The position numbers were made by a program, and so were the translations under genes. Below, in pieces: positions 9,640-18,184 of a stretch of DNA of 34,566 nt (position 1 is its first letter; each line of letters begins with the position of its first letter). The notes under the pieces were generated by a model that was not told the DNA's origin, did not search any database, and worked only from the letters and a program-made list of their open reading frames with translations. Source of the stretch: an uncultured Candidatus Saccharibacteria bacterium (lineage in GTDB: Bacteria > Patescibacteriota > Minisyncoccia > Minisyncoccales > PWPS01); assembly GCA_964591185.1 (NCBI GenBank), contig CAZPZV010000003.1:9164-43729 (forward strand), given 5' to 3'.

Positions 9640-11393
9640 ATTAGTAGCTGTTTAGTTTCTTCCTCCACTTCTTTGGAAAAATCTTCAAACTCTTTTTCCT
9701 CTTTCATTGTTTTTAAATCCGGCATTCTTTTAAATGACTTCATAGAGGTTAGTTTAGAGAAATCAAACTCTTCATGCCTCATTATGGGCTTTAACGTATT
9801 GTAAAACTTTATCATTGAAGAGAGTATACTGTATTGAATAGGAAGTGGAGTGTAGGCATCATCTTTATCAAACGCGTTTTGGAAAAGAAAATCTTCTCTT
9901 ATTACTTTAGCTGTTTCCAGTGTTAATTTTTCTTCATTAGAGAGAGCATCCATTCCCACAATTTTAACAATCTCCAGTAACCTTGCCTCTTCTTGCATAA
10001 TCTCCATTGCTTTTGCTCTTACTTCAGCAAAGTCTTGTGCTATGTTTTTTTCCCAATATACTTTTATCTGATCGATATAAAGAGAGTATGACTGCAACCA
10101 ATTTATTGCTGGAAAATGCTTTTTATAAGCAAGAGAAGCGTCTAATCCCCAGAAACATTTTGTTACTCTCAATGTAGCTTGAGAAACGGGCTCGGAAAGG
10201 TCTCCTCCCGGAGGAGATACAGCTCCTATAACCGTAAGAGCTCCTTCTCTTTCCTCGGAACTCATGCACACAACTCTTCCTGCTCTCTCATAAAACTCAG
10301 CTGTTCTTGATGCTAGATATGCGGGATATCCTTCTTCTCCGGGCATCTCTTCCATTCTTCCGGATATCTCTCTCATTGCTTCTGCCCAGCGAGAAGTGGA
10401 GTCTGCCATAAGAGCTACGGAGTAGCCCATGTCTCTGTAGTATTCGGCAACGGTTATTCCCGTATAGATGCTTGCCTCTCGTGCGGCAACAGGCATGTTG
10501 GAAGTGTTAGCGATAAGTACAGTTCTGCGTATCAGCGGATCTCCTGTGTTTGGATCTATTAACTCGGGAAACTCGTTTAATACTTCTGTCATCTCATTTC
10601 CTCTCTCTCCGCAACCAACATAAACAATCACTTGCGCGTCACAGTATTTGGCAAGGGATTGTTGAGTCACTGTTTTTCCTGATCCGAACGGGCCGGGAAT
10701 TGCCGCTACTCCTCCCTTGGCGACAGGGAAGAAGGTATCTATTAACCTTCCCCCGGTGATGAGAGGCTCCTCGGAAAATATCTTTTCTTTTTTCGGTCGA
10801 GGGTTTCTTATGGGCCACTTCTGCATTAGTGATAGTGATTTTTCTCCATCAGAAGTTTCTACAGAGGCAATCTCTTCATCTACAGTATAGTCTCCATCTT
10901 TGTTTTTAGTTAGTTTCCCGGAGACTTTCGCGGGCACCATTATCTTGTGATTTATAACACTTGTTTCTTGTGTTTCTCCTATTATATCTCCCGGAGAAAC
11001 GTTTTCTCCTTCTTTAATAACCGCTTTATACTTCCACTTTTTTTCTCTACTTAATCCGTTTGCTTCTATACCGCGAGTGATAAAGTAAGAGTTTGCTTTT
11101 TCTTCTATTGTTTTTAGTGGCCTTTGAATTCCGTCATAAATAGATTCCAAAAGACCTGGTCCCAGCTCAACAGACATAAACTCTCCTGTCTTTTCAACAA
11201 CATCACCAGGCTCTAATCCTCCCGTTTCTTCGTACACCTGAATAGAAGCGACATCTCCTTTTAATTTTATGATTTCGCCCAAGAGTCTATGCTTTGAAAC
11301 TTTTACTATTTCATACATTTTTGATCCGTTCATTCCTTTCGCTTCTACGAGCGGACCACTTACTCTTGTTATAATTCCTTGTTGGTTTTGCAT
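9636..11393 (-). CDS. atpA: A/V-type ATPase catalytic subunit A
   Basis: 585 aa with Walker [10 protein letters not shown], the non-homologous-region insert typical of A subunits, and [16 protein letters not shown]. Confidence 0.95.
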   Translation of the reverse strand: MQNQQGIITRVSGPLVEAKGMNGSKMYEIVKVSKHRLLGEIIKLKGDVASIQVYEETGGLEPGDVVEKTGEFMSVELGPGLLESIYDGIQRPLKTIEEKANSYFITRGIEANGLSREKKWKYKAVIKEGENVSPGDIIGETQETSVINHKIMVPAKVSGKLTKNKDGDYTVDEEIASVETSDGEKSLSLMQKWPIRNPRPKKEKIFSEEPLITGGRLIDTFFPVAKGGVAAIPGPFGSGKTVTQQSLAKYCDAQVIVYVGCGERGNEMTEVLNEFPELIDPNTGDPLIRRTVLIANTSNMPVAAREASIYTGITVAEYYRDMGYSVALMADSTSRWAEAMREISGRMEEMPGEEGYPAYLASRTAEFYERAGRVVCMSSEEREGALTVIGAVSPPGGDLSEPVSQATLRVTKCFWGLDASLAYKKHFPAINWLQSYSLYIDQIKVYWEKNIAQDFAEVRAKAMEIMQEEARLLEIVKIVGMDALSNEEKLTLETAKVIREDFLFQNAFDKDDAYTPLPIQYSILSSMIKFYNTLKPIMRHEEFDFSKLTSMKSFKRMPDLKTMKEEKEFEDFSKEVEEETKQLLI

Positions 11394-11421
11394 GGAAATT
11401 TTTACTTACTAGACAGCGAGC

Positions 11422-11450
11422 ATTATACACTATTTTTTCTACTTATCCAA
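11422..11450 (-). promoter_or_regulatory. Putative promoter of the atpA-B-D block
   Basis: The minus strand reads TTGGAT-N17-TATAAT, with the -10 box ending about 28 nt upstream of the atpA ATG. Confidence 0.45.
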
Positions 11451-11521
11451 ATTGCATACAAATGTGAAGCAAGTAATAGAAAAGAAGAGGGAGTCGTGAT
11501 ACCAGCCTTTTTCTGCGGGCT

Positions 11522-11550
11522 TTGACTAATTTAGATTATTATGGTATAGT
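11522..11550 (+). promoter_or_regulatory. Putative promoter of the orphan 167-aa gene
   Basis: TTGACT (11522-11527), N17, TATAGT (11545-11550). Confidence 0.5.
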
Positions 11551-11621
11551 TGAAATCAGAACACTATACAATCAATATCCATACAATACCCACAACAACC
11601 ACAGATACAGAGGAGGAAATT

Positions 11622-12125
11622 ATGTCCATGGTCATAGTGTATATGGGTCCGAGGTGCAGAAAATTTTACAAAGAAGAGTTGCAGGAACTAAGAATTGTAA
11701 CTGGTGCATACATGAAAGATGATTTGTTTAAAACAGGCGTTGGATTTGTTTTGCCAAACCAAAAAGGTTTTCTTTGGGGAAGGTATTTTATGCCTCTTCC
11801 CATTATCCGTTCATGGAGAACGGCTCAGTTGCTGAAAAATGTTCTATTCCTGAATGAAAAAACTCTTTGTTTCTGTTGGGAGCTTACTAAACCAGTTTTA
11901 TCGATTCGTGACAGTTTTTTTGTAAAAAAACTGGAAAATCAGATAGACGGTGATGTCATGCAAATTAGAAATAAATTAATGCAAGATGTTCCCACCGTGG
12001 AGATGGTTGTTTCTATGGCACGTAGAGCCAAATATTATGGGATAGATATTGATGCCCGGGATATATCCCGGGAGATAGAAAAAGGCAAGCTGCCTCCGGG
12101 CACGCTTGTCGAAGCTCTTTCATAG
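11622..12125 (+). CDS. Hypothetical protein (167 aa), no recognisable family
   Basis: I chose the start at the in-frame ATG 11622 because AGGAGG lies at 11611-11616. The track start at 11550 lies inside the predicted -10 box. The gene is followed by a strong intrinsic terminator. Confidence 0.55.
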   Translation: MSMVIVYMGPRCRKFYKEELQELRIVTGAYMKDDLFKTGVGFVLPNQKGFLWGRYFMPLPIIRSWRTAQLLKNVLFLNEKTLCFCWELTKPVLSIRDSFFVKKLENQIDGDVMQIRNKLMQDVPTVEMVVSMARRAKYYGIDIDARDISREIEKGKLPPGTLVEALS

Positions 12126-12130
12126 CATAG

Positions 12131-12166
12131 GCCCCCGTGTCTTTAAGAACGGGGGCTTTTCTTTTT
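12131..12166 (+). terminator. Intrinsic terminator
   Basis: An 8-bp GC stem GCCCCCGT/ACGGGGGC encloses a 10-nt loop and is followed by TTTTCTTTTT. Confidence 0.8.
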
Positions 12167-12179
12167 AAAGATTTTTTAT

Positions 12180-12208
12180 TTGACAACAGCCTCTTTTTTA
12201 TATATTAT
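12180..12208 (+). promoter_or_regulatory. Putative promoter of nusA-clpP
   Basis: TTGACA (12180-12185), N17, TATTAT (12203-12208), giving a leader of about 60 nt before nusA. Confidence 0.55.
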
Positions 12209-12272
12209 TCACGCAGAGGTTGTTTATTAGTCTTTGTCCGCTTGAAATCGGACATTATTTTTTCAAAAAACT

Positions 12273-13385
12273 ATGGATATTAAAGCGTTTACATCGGCAG
12301 TTTCCCAGATTGCTACGGAAAAGGATATACCGGAACACAAGGTGATCGATATAATCGAGCAAGCTGTGGCTACCGCATATAAAAAAGAGTACAGAGAAAA
12401 GGGAGAGGTAGTGAAAGCAAAGATTGAGCCTAAAACAGGAGATGTGGACTTCTATCTGGCAAAGACGGTCGTTGACGAAACAACGGCGATTTTTGAAGAA
12501 GAAACACACGAAGACTATGAAGAGGTAGGTGAAGACGGAAGGGTTCGTTACAATCCCAAGCGTCACATCACCCTTGAAGAGGCCAAGGAAATTAATCCAA
12601 AGATAAAAGTTGGAGAAGAATTGGAGACGGAGTTAGAGAGAAAAACGGAGTTCGGAAGAATAGCGGCACAAACGGCAAAGCAGGTTATCTTGCAAAAGGT
12701 GAAAGAAACAGAAAGAGAACTCATCTTTAATGAGTATAAAGAAAAAGAAGGAGAAGTGCTTTCCGGAATCATTCAACGGGCAGAAGGAAAAAATATGCTT
12801 ATTGATATTGGCAAGGTTCTGGGAGTGTTGCACAGAGACGACCAGGTTCCCGGAGAGGTTTACCGTCCCGGACAGCGTTGCAAGGTGTATGTGGTTAGCG
12901 TGGAAGATAGTTCCAAGGGTCCGGTAATTTCACTTTCGAGATCTTTCCCTAAGTTTGTTTCTCGTATGTTTGAACTTGAGGTGCCGGAGATTAATTCCGG
13001 AACGGTAGAGATAAAGTCTATTGCCAGAGAGGCGGGATCAAGAACAAAGATTGCTGTTCACTCTAATGATGACGATATCGATCCCGTGGGAACCGCTGTA
13101 GGGCAGAGAGGAACAAGAGTGGGTGCAATAATCTCTGAATTAGGAGGAGAGAGAATCGACATAGTGGAGTATTCTGAAGATAGTGCGGAGTTTATAAGAA
13201 ACGCGTTGTCACCTGCAAAGGTTCATGGTGTAGAGCTTAAAGACGAAGATAGTGCGGTAGTTACTGTTCCTGAAGAGCAGTTGTCGCTGGCCATAGGAAA
13301 AGATGGTCAGAACGTGCGTCTTGCAGCTAAGCTTACCGGGTGGAAGATAGACGTTGTTACTATAAATAAAGAGGATAACGAATAA
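12273..13385 (+). CDS. nusA: Transcription termination/antitermination factor NusA
   Basis: The N-terminal domain (AVSQIATEKDIPEHKVIDIIEQAV), the S1 domain and two KH domains (GQRGTRVGAI, GKDGQNVRLAAKLTGWKIDV) are present. The length is 370 aa. Confidence 0.95.
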   Translation: MDIKAFTSAVSQIATEKDIPEHKVIDIIEQAVATAYKKEYREKGEVVKAKIEPKTGDVDFYLAKTVVDETTAIFEEETHEDYEEVGEDGRVRYNPKRHITLEEAKEINPKIKVGEELETELERKTEFGRIAAQTAKQVILQKVKETERELIFNEYKEKEGEVLSGIIQRAEGKNMLIDIGKVLGVLHRDDQVPGEVYRPGQRCKVYVVSVEDSSKGPVISLSRSFPKFVSRMFELEVPEINSGTVEIKSIAREAGSRTKIAVHSNDDDIDPVGTAVGQRGTRVGAIISELGGERIDIVEYSEDSAEFIRNALSPAKVHGVELKDEDSAVVTVPEEQLSLAIGKDGQNVRLAAKLTGWKIDVVTINKEDNE

Positions 13386-13391
13386 AAAAAT

Positions 13392-13982
13392 ATGAACTTA
13401 ATTCCAACAGTTGTAGAAAAAACGCAGTACGGGGAAAGAGCTTACGACATCTATTCTCGCCTGCTAAAAGAGCGCATCATATTTCTTGGAGGCCCCATAA
13501 CGGATAATGTGGCCAACTCTATTATCGCTCAGATGCTCTTTCTTGCCAGTCAGAATTCTAAAAAAGATATTCAGCTTTACATCAACAGTCCCGGAGGCTC
13601 AGTTACCGCGGGAATGGCCATGTACGATACTATGCAGTACATAAAGTGCGATGTTTCCACAGTGTGTGTGGGAATGGCCGGGTCTATGGGAGCGGTTCTG
13701 CTTGCAGCGGGAAAACAAGGAAAGAGATTTGCCCTTCCCAACTCAGAGATACTTCTGCACCAAGTAATGGGAGGAGCTCAAGGACAGGCAACGGAGATTG
13801 AGATTACGGCAAAACAGATAATAAAGATCAGAGAAAAACTAAATGACATTCTTTCCCGTCACACCAAAAAACCTATAGCTAAAATCAGAAAAGACACTGA
13901 TCGTGACTTCTATCTTACATCTGAAGAAGCTAAAGAGTATGGCGTTATTGATGAGGTGATCTCCGGTAAAGTGAAAAAATAG
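13392..13982 (+). CDS. clpP: ATP-dependent Clp protease proteolytic subunit ClpP
   Basis: [21 protein letters not shown] is present, the catalytic Ser lies in GMAGSMGA and the catalytic His in LLHQ. The length is 196 aa. Confidence 0.95.
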   Translation: MNLIPTVVEKTQYGERAYDIYSRLLKERIIFLGGPITDNVANSIIAQMLFLASQNSKKDIQLYINSPGGSVTAGMAMYDTMQYIKCDVSTVCVGMAGSMGAVLLAAGKQGKRFALPNSEILLHQVMGGAQGQATEIEITAKQIIKIREKLNDILSRHTKKPIAKIRKDTDRDFYLTSEEAKEYGVIDEVISGKVKK

Positions 13983-13985
13983 CTT

Positions 13986-14014
13986 TTGACAAAGAAACTT
14001 AACTCTGGTATTCT
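13986..14014 (+). promoter_or_regulatory. Putative promoter of rny
   Basis: TTGACA (13986-13991), N17, TATTCT (14009-14014), giving a leader of about 130 nt. Confidence 0.5.
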
Positions 14015-14148
14015 GAAGACATTGTAAACTAGTGTCCTGGGTTTGAATTTTATGCTTATAAACATATTTGAAATAATGGAAAGGGTTGTTTTCTCCTGTT
14101 TTCGGTTTGTTGAAAAAGACGTGAACCTCAAGCCCCGGAAGATAAATC

Positions 14149-15678
14149 ATGGAACAAATAATCTTATTTATCGTATTTGCGGTAGCTCTAACAGCTGGTT
14201 TGGTTATCGGGTATTATGCCCGGCAATCAATCGCCAAAAGGGACTATAAGGCGCTTGAAACAAAGGTTCAGCGCAAGATAAGTGATGCCGAAGAAAAAAG
14301 TAAGACACTTATCGAAGAAGCCGAAACAAAAGCGAAGCAGATACTAAACGAAGCTAAAAAAGAAGCAGAAGAAAAAACAGAAGAACTCTTTAAAAGAGAA
14401 AAGTTTCTTTTGAAAAGAGAAAACTCTTTTGATGAAAAGATTTCTCAGCACGAGAAAAAAGAAAAGATCTTTAACAAGAAGCTAAACCGCTTAAGGGAGT
14501 TGAAAAAAGAAGTGGATCAGATGCGCCAGGAAGCGGAAGACAAGCTTCTTAGAGTTGCCGAAATTTCCAAGGAAAAAGCCAAAGAGGAGCTTTTTCAATC
14601 ACTGGAAAAAGAGTATGAAGCGGATGTTTTGGACAGAATAGGTAAGATGGAAAGAGAAGGAGAAGAAAGGTACACGAAAAGGGCCAACGAGATACTGGCC
14701 TCGGTGATACAAAAGTACTCTTCTTCTCAAGCACAAGACATTACTACTACCAATGTAACTATTCCCGATGATAACACTAAGGGAAGAATTATCGGTAAGG
14801 AAGGAAGGAATATAAGGACGCTGGAGAAGCTTACCGGCGTGGAGATTGTTGTTGACGACACTCCGGAAACAGTCCTTATCTCCAGTTTTGATCCGATAAG
14901 AAGACAGATAGCCAAGACCGCACTGGAAAAACTTATTTTTGACGGAAGAATACAACCGGCGAGAATAGAAAAGGTGGTCAAGGAAGCGGAAGAAGAGATT
15001 GTAAGTAAAGTGAAAAGAGCGGGAGAACAAGCGGTTTACGAAACAGGAATAGTCGATCTTGACCCTAAAGTGGTTAGTCTTTTAGGCAGACTCTACTTTC
15101 GTTCCAGTTACGGACAGAACGTCCTTATGCACTCCTTGGAAGTGAGTTATCTGGCAGAAGGGCTTGCTGCGGAACTGGGAGCAAACATGTTTGTTTGTAA
15201 AAAGGCGGGCCTTTTGCACGATATCGGAAAAGCTCTTGATCATCAGGTGGAAGGATCTCACGTAGATATCGGGATAAGAGTACTGGAGAAGTTCGGCGTG
15301 GAAGAGTCCGTAGTGACGGCAATGAAGTCACACCATGAAGAGTATCCTTACGAGAGCATCGAATCGGTAATTGTACAAACAGCTGACGCTATTTCCGGAG
15401 GCAGGCCGGGAGCAAGAAAAGACACATTGGAGAGCTATATAAAGCGCCTCAAGGAACTGGAAGATATGACCAACTCCTTTCCGGGAGTGGAGAGATCCTA
15501 TGCCGTGCAAGCCGGAAGAGAGGTGCGTGTCTTTGTTAATCCGGAAGAGATGGATGATCTGCAGGCAAAGAAGACTGCTCGTGATATCGCCAACAGGATA
15601 CAGGACGAACTCAAGTATCCCGGAGAGATAAAGGTGACACTGATAAGAGAAAGTAGGGTTATAGAGTACGCGAAATAA
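14149..15678 (+). CDS. rny: Ribonuclease Y
   Basis: An N-terminal TM helix and a K/E-rich coiled coil are followed by a KH domain (GRIIGKEGRNIRTLE) and an HD domain (LLHDIGKA). The length is 509 aa. Confidence 0.95.
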   Translation: MEQIILFIVFAVALTAGLVIGYYARQSIAKRDYKALETKVQRKISDAEEKSKTLIEEAETKAKQILNEAKKEAEEKTEELFKREKFLLKRENSFDEKISQHEKKEKIFNKKLNRLRELKKEVDQMRQEAEDKLLRVAEISKEKAKEELFQSLEKEYEADVLDRIGKMEREGEERYTKRANEILASVIQKYSSSQAQDITTTNVTIPDDNTKGRIIGKEGRNIRTLEKLTGVEIVVDDTPETVLISSFDPIRRQIAKTALEKLIFDGRIQPARIEKVVKEAEEEIVSKVKRAGEQAVYETGIVDLDPKVVSLLGRLYFRSSYGQNVLMHSLEVSYLAEGLAAELGANMFVCKKAGLLHDIGKALDHQVEGSHVDIGIRVLEKFGVEESVVTAMKSHHEEYPYESIESVIVQTADAISGGRPGARKDTLESYIKRLKELEDMTNSFPGVERSYAVQAGREVRVFVNPEEMDDLQAKKTARDIANRIQDELKYPGEIKVTLIRESRVIEYAK

Positions 15679-15706
15679 AAAGATCCCCCGCAAGGGGGAT
15701 TTTTAA
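15677..15706. terminator. Bidirectional intrinsic terminator shared by rny (+) and tRNA-Gly (-)
   Basis: The sequence is AAAAAGATCCCCC-GCAA-GGGGGATTTTTAA: a perfect GC stem flanked by an A-run and a T-run, so it reads as a hairpin plus U-tract on both strands. Confidence 0.8.
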
Positions 15707-15707
15707 T

Positions 15708-15782
15708 TGGAGCGGGAGACGGGGATCGAACCCGCACTCACTTGCTTGGAAGGCAAGGGTTTTGCCATTAAACTACTCCCGC
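15708..15782 (-). tRNA. tRNA-Gly (anticodon UCC), CCA encoded
   Basis: Acceptor GCGGGAG/CTCCCGC, anticodon arm CTTGC-CTTCCAA-GCAAG, T arm GCGGG-TTCGATC-CCCGT, discriminator T followed by an encoded CCA. The length is 75 nt. Confidence 0.9.
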
Positions 15783-15786
15783 AATT

Positions 15787-16455
15787 TTATGTTTGTCTTG
15801 TGACAGCTTCTATCCATCCCATTATTTTTCTGTGTAATTCTACCCCGAATTCTTTTTTTCCTTTTGTTCTAACATACAAATGCGCTGTTCCATAAGAAAG
15901 CTTTCCTTTTTTCTTGCTTGATTTTACTCTTTTATCGATTTGTATTTTATGAAAATTATTTAAAGAAATTCCAGTTATTTTAGACCAGTACTCTAAACAT
16001 TCTTTTTTATCGTTATCTGGGTATATATGAATAGATATGGTTAAATTTTCATCTTTTACGCCACAAACACTCTTAAACCATTTTATAGCTAACCTTATTA
16101 CATCCGGGTCTGAATTTATTAAGCGTATATGTTCATTGTTTTTCGTTCCATCTCCCCAATACAGACCAACTCCTATCATAAACAGATCTCTTTTAGTTAG
16201 CTTGCCAATTTCCTGAGATGCTATTCTTCTCATTTCATTTATATTCTCTATTCTTTTTTGATTCTTTTTCTGTGCGGATTTCAGCTTTCCTTCTCCTATT
16301 CTTTTTATCGTTTTTTTATTTGGCTTATATGGTATTTCTTTTAGCCAATAACTCAAAGTGCTTTTAGGCAAAAAAAGCTTTTCTGAGATCATATTATAAG
16401 AATAACCCCTTTTTCTATACCAAATAGCCTTTCTTTTTGTATGAGATAGTTGCAT
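15787..16455 (-). CDS. Free-standing HTH plus single-motif LAGLIDADG-type homing endonuclease-like protein
   Basis: The N-terminus is a resolvase-like HTH (RKRGYSYNMISEKLFLPKSTLSYWLKEI). It is followed by LFMIGVGLYWGDGTK, a LAGLIDADG-like motif. The ORF is visibly more AT-rich than its neighbours, and its stop lies 4 nt from the tRNA-Gly 5' end. Confidence 0.6.
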   Translation of the reverse strand: MQLSHTKRKAIWYRKRGYSYNMISEKLFLPKSTLSYWLKEIPYKPNKKTIKRIGEGKLKSAQKKNQKRIENINEMRRIASQEIGKLTKRDLFMIGVGLYWGDGTKNNEHIRLINSDPDVIRLAIKWFKSVCGVKDENLTISIHIYPDNDKKECLEYWSKITGISLNNFHKIQIDKRVKSSKKKGKLSYGTAHLYVRTKGKKEFGVELHRKIMGWIEAVTRQT

Positions 16456-16520
16456 TTTGAACCTGCTTACTATACGATATCATATATATTTTGAGGGTGC
16501 AATATTTTAAGTACGGACTT

Positions 16521-16549
16521 TTTATATCACAATGTTCTCTTAAAATCAA
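16521..16549 (-). promoter_or_regulatory. Putative own promoter of the LAGLIDADG-like gene
   Basis: The minus strand reads TTGATT-N17-TATAAA, located between the tRNA-Pro 3' end and the ORF. Confidence 0.4.
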
Positions 16550-16554
16550 CTTTG

Positions 16555-16627
16555 TCGGGGTACTCGGATTCGAACCGAGACTAAATCCTCCCAAAGGACT
16601 CGTGCTAGCCGTTAACACTATACCCCG
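16555..16627 (-). tRNA. tRNA-Pro (anticodon UGG)
   Basis: Acceptor CGGGGTA/TACCCCG (C1:G72), anticodon arm AGTCC-TTTGGGA-GGATT, T arm CTCGG-TTCGAAT-CCGAG. The length is 73 nt and no CCA is encoded. Confidence 0.9.
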
Positions 16628-16659
16628 CAACAAGGAGAATAATAGCATTTTATTCTCGT

Positions 16660-16688
16660 TTAGTAAAAAGCAGTTTTTGTGTTATAGT
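16660..16688 (+). promoter_or_regulatory. Putative promoter of the 5'-3' exonuclease gene (extended -10, leaderless configuration)
   Basis: TTAGTA-N17-TATAGT, with TGt immediately upstream of the -10 box. The ATG at 16696 begins 8 nt after the -10 box. Confidence 0.45.
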
Positions 16689-16695
16689 TTCTTTA

Positions 16696-17574
16696 ATGAA
16701 AAACAAACTGATTTTGATTGACTCTAACTCTGTGATTCACCGTGCCTATCACGCCCTTCCTCCCCTGACAGACAAAAAGGGAGAGAATGTGAACGCCGTT
16801 TACGGTTCTCTTTTGGTTTTTTTTCGTGTTCTTTCTGAATTTAATCCGAACTATATTGTTGCCGCTTTTGATCTTCCGGGAAAGACTTTTCGTCACCGTG
16901 TCTACCCTCAGTACAAAGCGCAAAGAGTGAAAGCTCCTGAAGATCTTTATATGCAGATAGACAGGATGAAAGAAGTGTTACGTTCTTTCGGGGTGTTTGT
17001 TGCGGAAAAGGAAGACTATGAAGCGGATGATGTTATCGGTACCATTGCTTCTTCTGTTCCCAAGGACACTGAAGTGATTGTGGTTAGCGGAGATCTTGAT
17101 GTACTGCAACTTGCCGAAAAGAATATACGGATATACTCTTTACGTAGAGGAGTAAAGGATATCTCTTTATACGGAGAAGAGGAGGTGAAAGAGAAGTATG
17201 AAGGGGTTTCTCCAAAACAGGTAGTGGAGATGAAAGCGTTAAAAGGTGATGCCTCGGATAATATTCCCGGAGTTAGTGGTATAGGAGAAAAGACGGCGAT
17301 TAGCTTAATAAAGCAGTTCGGGAGTTTAGAGAAACTATACTCCTCACTGGATTCACTTTCTTCTTCTTTGCGTGAAAAACTGGAAAAAGACAAAGAGAAC
17401 GCTTTCATGAGCAGGGATCTTTCTTTAATAAAAAAAGACGTTCCACTAAACTTCCGTTTGCAAGATTCTCTTTTCTGCTATAATGAAGAAAAGGTCTTCA
17501 CACAGCTTAATGATCTTAACTTTCAAAGTTTAAAAAATCGCATACCGCAGCGTGAAACAGGAAAGCTTTTGTAA
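16696..17574 (+). CDS. Stand-alone 5'-3' exonuclease / flap endonuclease (Pol I N-terminal domain type)
   Basis: LILIDSNSVIHRAYHAL, YKAQRVKAPEDL, EADDVIGT and GDASDNIPGVSGIGEKTA (H3TH) are present. At 292 aa it has no polymerase domain. Confidence 0.9.
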   Translation: MKNKLILIDSNSVIHRAYHALPPLTDKKGENVNAVYGSLLVFFRVLSEFNPNYIVAAFDLPGKTFRHRVYPQYKAQRVKAPEDLYMQIDRMKEVLRSFGVFVAEKEDYEADDVIGTIASSVPKDTEVIVVSGDLDVLQLAEKNIRIYSLRRGVKDISLYGEEEVKEKYEGVSPKQVVEMKALKGDASDNIPGVSGIGEKTAISLIKQFGSLEKLYSSLDSLSSSLREKLEKDKENAFMSRDLSLIKKDVPLNFRLQDSLFCYNEEKVFTQLNDLNFQSLKNRIPQRETGKLL

Positions 17575-17590
17575 AATAAAAAATATAAAT

Positions 17591-18184
17591 ATGGAAATAA
17601 CAAAAGAAGAAGTAGAAAAAATAATGTCGGCAGAAGGAGAGGTTCGTGGTACCACTTTTAAAACGGATGAAGCTTTTATACAAAGAGAAGTAGGAGAAGA
17701 TGGGCCGAAAAAGGTGGAAGAAGAGCTACAGAAAATGGGACACCCTTTAAAGTACGCAGATATGAGCGGCATGGACTTTTATCCCATAGGCATGCGCATC
17801 CTCTCTCTTATCGCTATCAAAAAAGCACTTAATTTCAGTGATGAAAAGATAAAGGAGATGGGATCCAACGCTCCCAGAGCGTCTCTGCTCATAAAGTTTT
17901 TTATGAAACACTTCCTTTCCCCGGAAAAGACTTTTGCCAGGTCGGGAGAGATGTGGGACAAACACTATACAGCAGGAAAACTGGAAGCGGTCAACGTGGA
18001 TATAGCGGGAAAGACGGTAGTCATGCGCCTTACCGGAGTTAAAATACACCCCATATTCTGCACTTATCTTGCAGGATACCTTGGAGGAGTGGGAAAGCTT
18101 GTGGTACAAAAAGAGGCGGAAACAAAAGAGCACAAGTGTCCCTTTAACGGGGATGACGTTCATGAATTTACTATAAAATGGTAG
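17591..18184 (+). CDS. Putative ligand-binding sensor protein, DUF2378-like (the family assignment is tentative)
   Basis: I prefer the ATG at 17591 (MEITKEEVEK...). The layout ...F.TDEAF....G..G...... then FYP, then W..HYT.G.LE, then FC.YL.GYLGG, and finally C-terminal KC.F.GDD.HEF.I.W resembles the myxobacterial DUF2378/TIGR02265 family as I recall it. An ATGGTAG overlap couples it translationally to the next gene. Confidence 0.5.
   Translation: MEITKEEVEKIMSAEGEVRGTTFKTDEAFIQREVGEDGPKKVEEELQKMGHPLKYADMSGMDFYPIGMRILSLIAIKKALNFSDEKIKEMGSNAPRASLLIKFFMKHFLSPEKTFARSGEMWDKHYTAGKLEAVNVDIAGKTVVMRLTGVKIHPIFCTYLAGYLGGVGKLVVQKEAETKEHKCPFNGDDVHEFTIKW

Noticed and set aside
9636-11393. A possible intein in the ATPase A subunit, since inteins are common in archaeal A subunits.
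   Set aside because: The 585-aa length is normal for an A subunit, and the region after the Walker A motif is continuous with no Cys/Ser-His-Asn splicing blocks.
11550-11621. N-terminal extension of the orphan gene (track start 11550), together with the 11522..11722 ORF.
   Set aside because: The start would fall inside the predicted -10 box. The extension is low-complexity (TTTT, NIH), and a strong AGGAGG sequence precedes the internal ATG at 11622.
12255-12566. A 103-aa minus-strand ORF across the nusA start, with further ORFs at 12563..12833.
   Set aside because: It overlaps the nusA promoter and coding region and has an implausible Cys/Phe-rich composition.
14020-14148. The roughly 130-nt rny leader, including ORF 14043..14249, considered as a possible riboswitch or small gene.
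   Set aside because: I could not find convincing stable or alternative helices by eye. The ORF runs out of frame into rny and has no signals.
14599-15030. Minus-strand ORFs inside rny (14549..14734, 14599..15030, 14727..14981, 15125..15331, 15328..15693, 15498..15737).
   Set aside because: These are shadow ORFs opposite a confidently identified RNase Y gene.
15707-15895. The plus-strand ORF 15707..15895, plus ORFs 16415..16648 (-) and 16491..16721 (+).
   Set aside because: They are composed largely of tRNA-Gly or tRNA-Pro sequence read as protein.
17016-18163. Minus-strand ORFs 17016..17408, 17530..17772, 17747..18163 and 17779..17961.
   Set aside because: They lie antisense to the 5'-3' exonuclease and DUF2378-like genes, have low-complexity composition and show no start signals.
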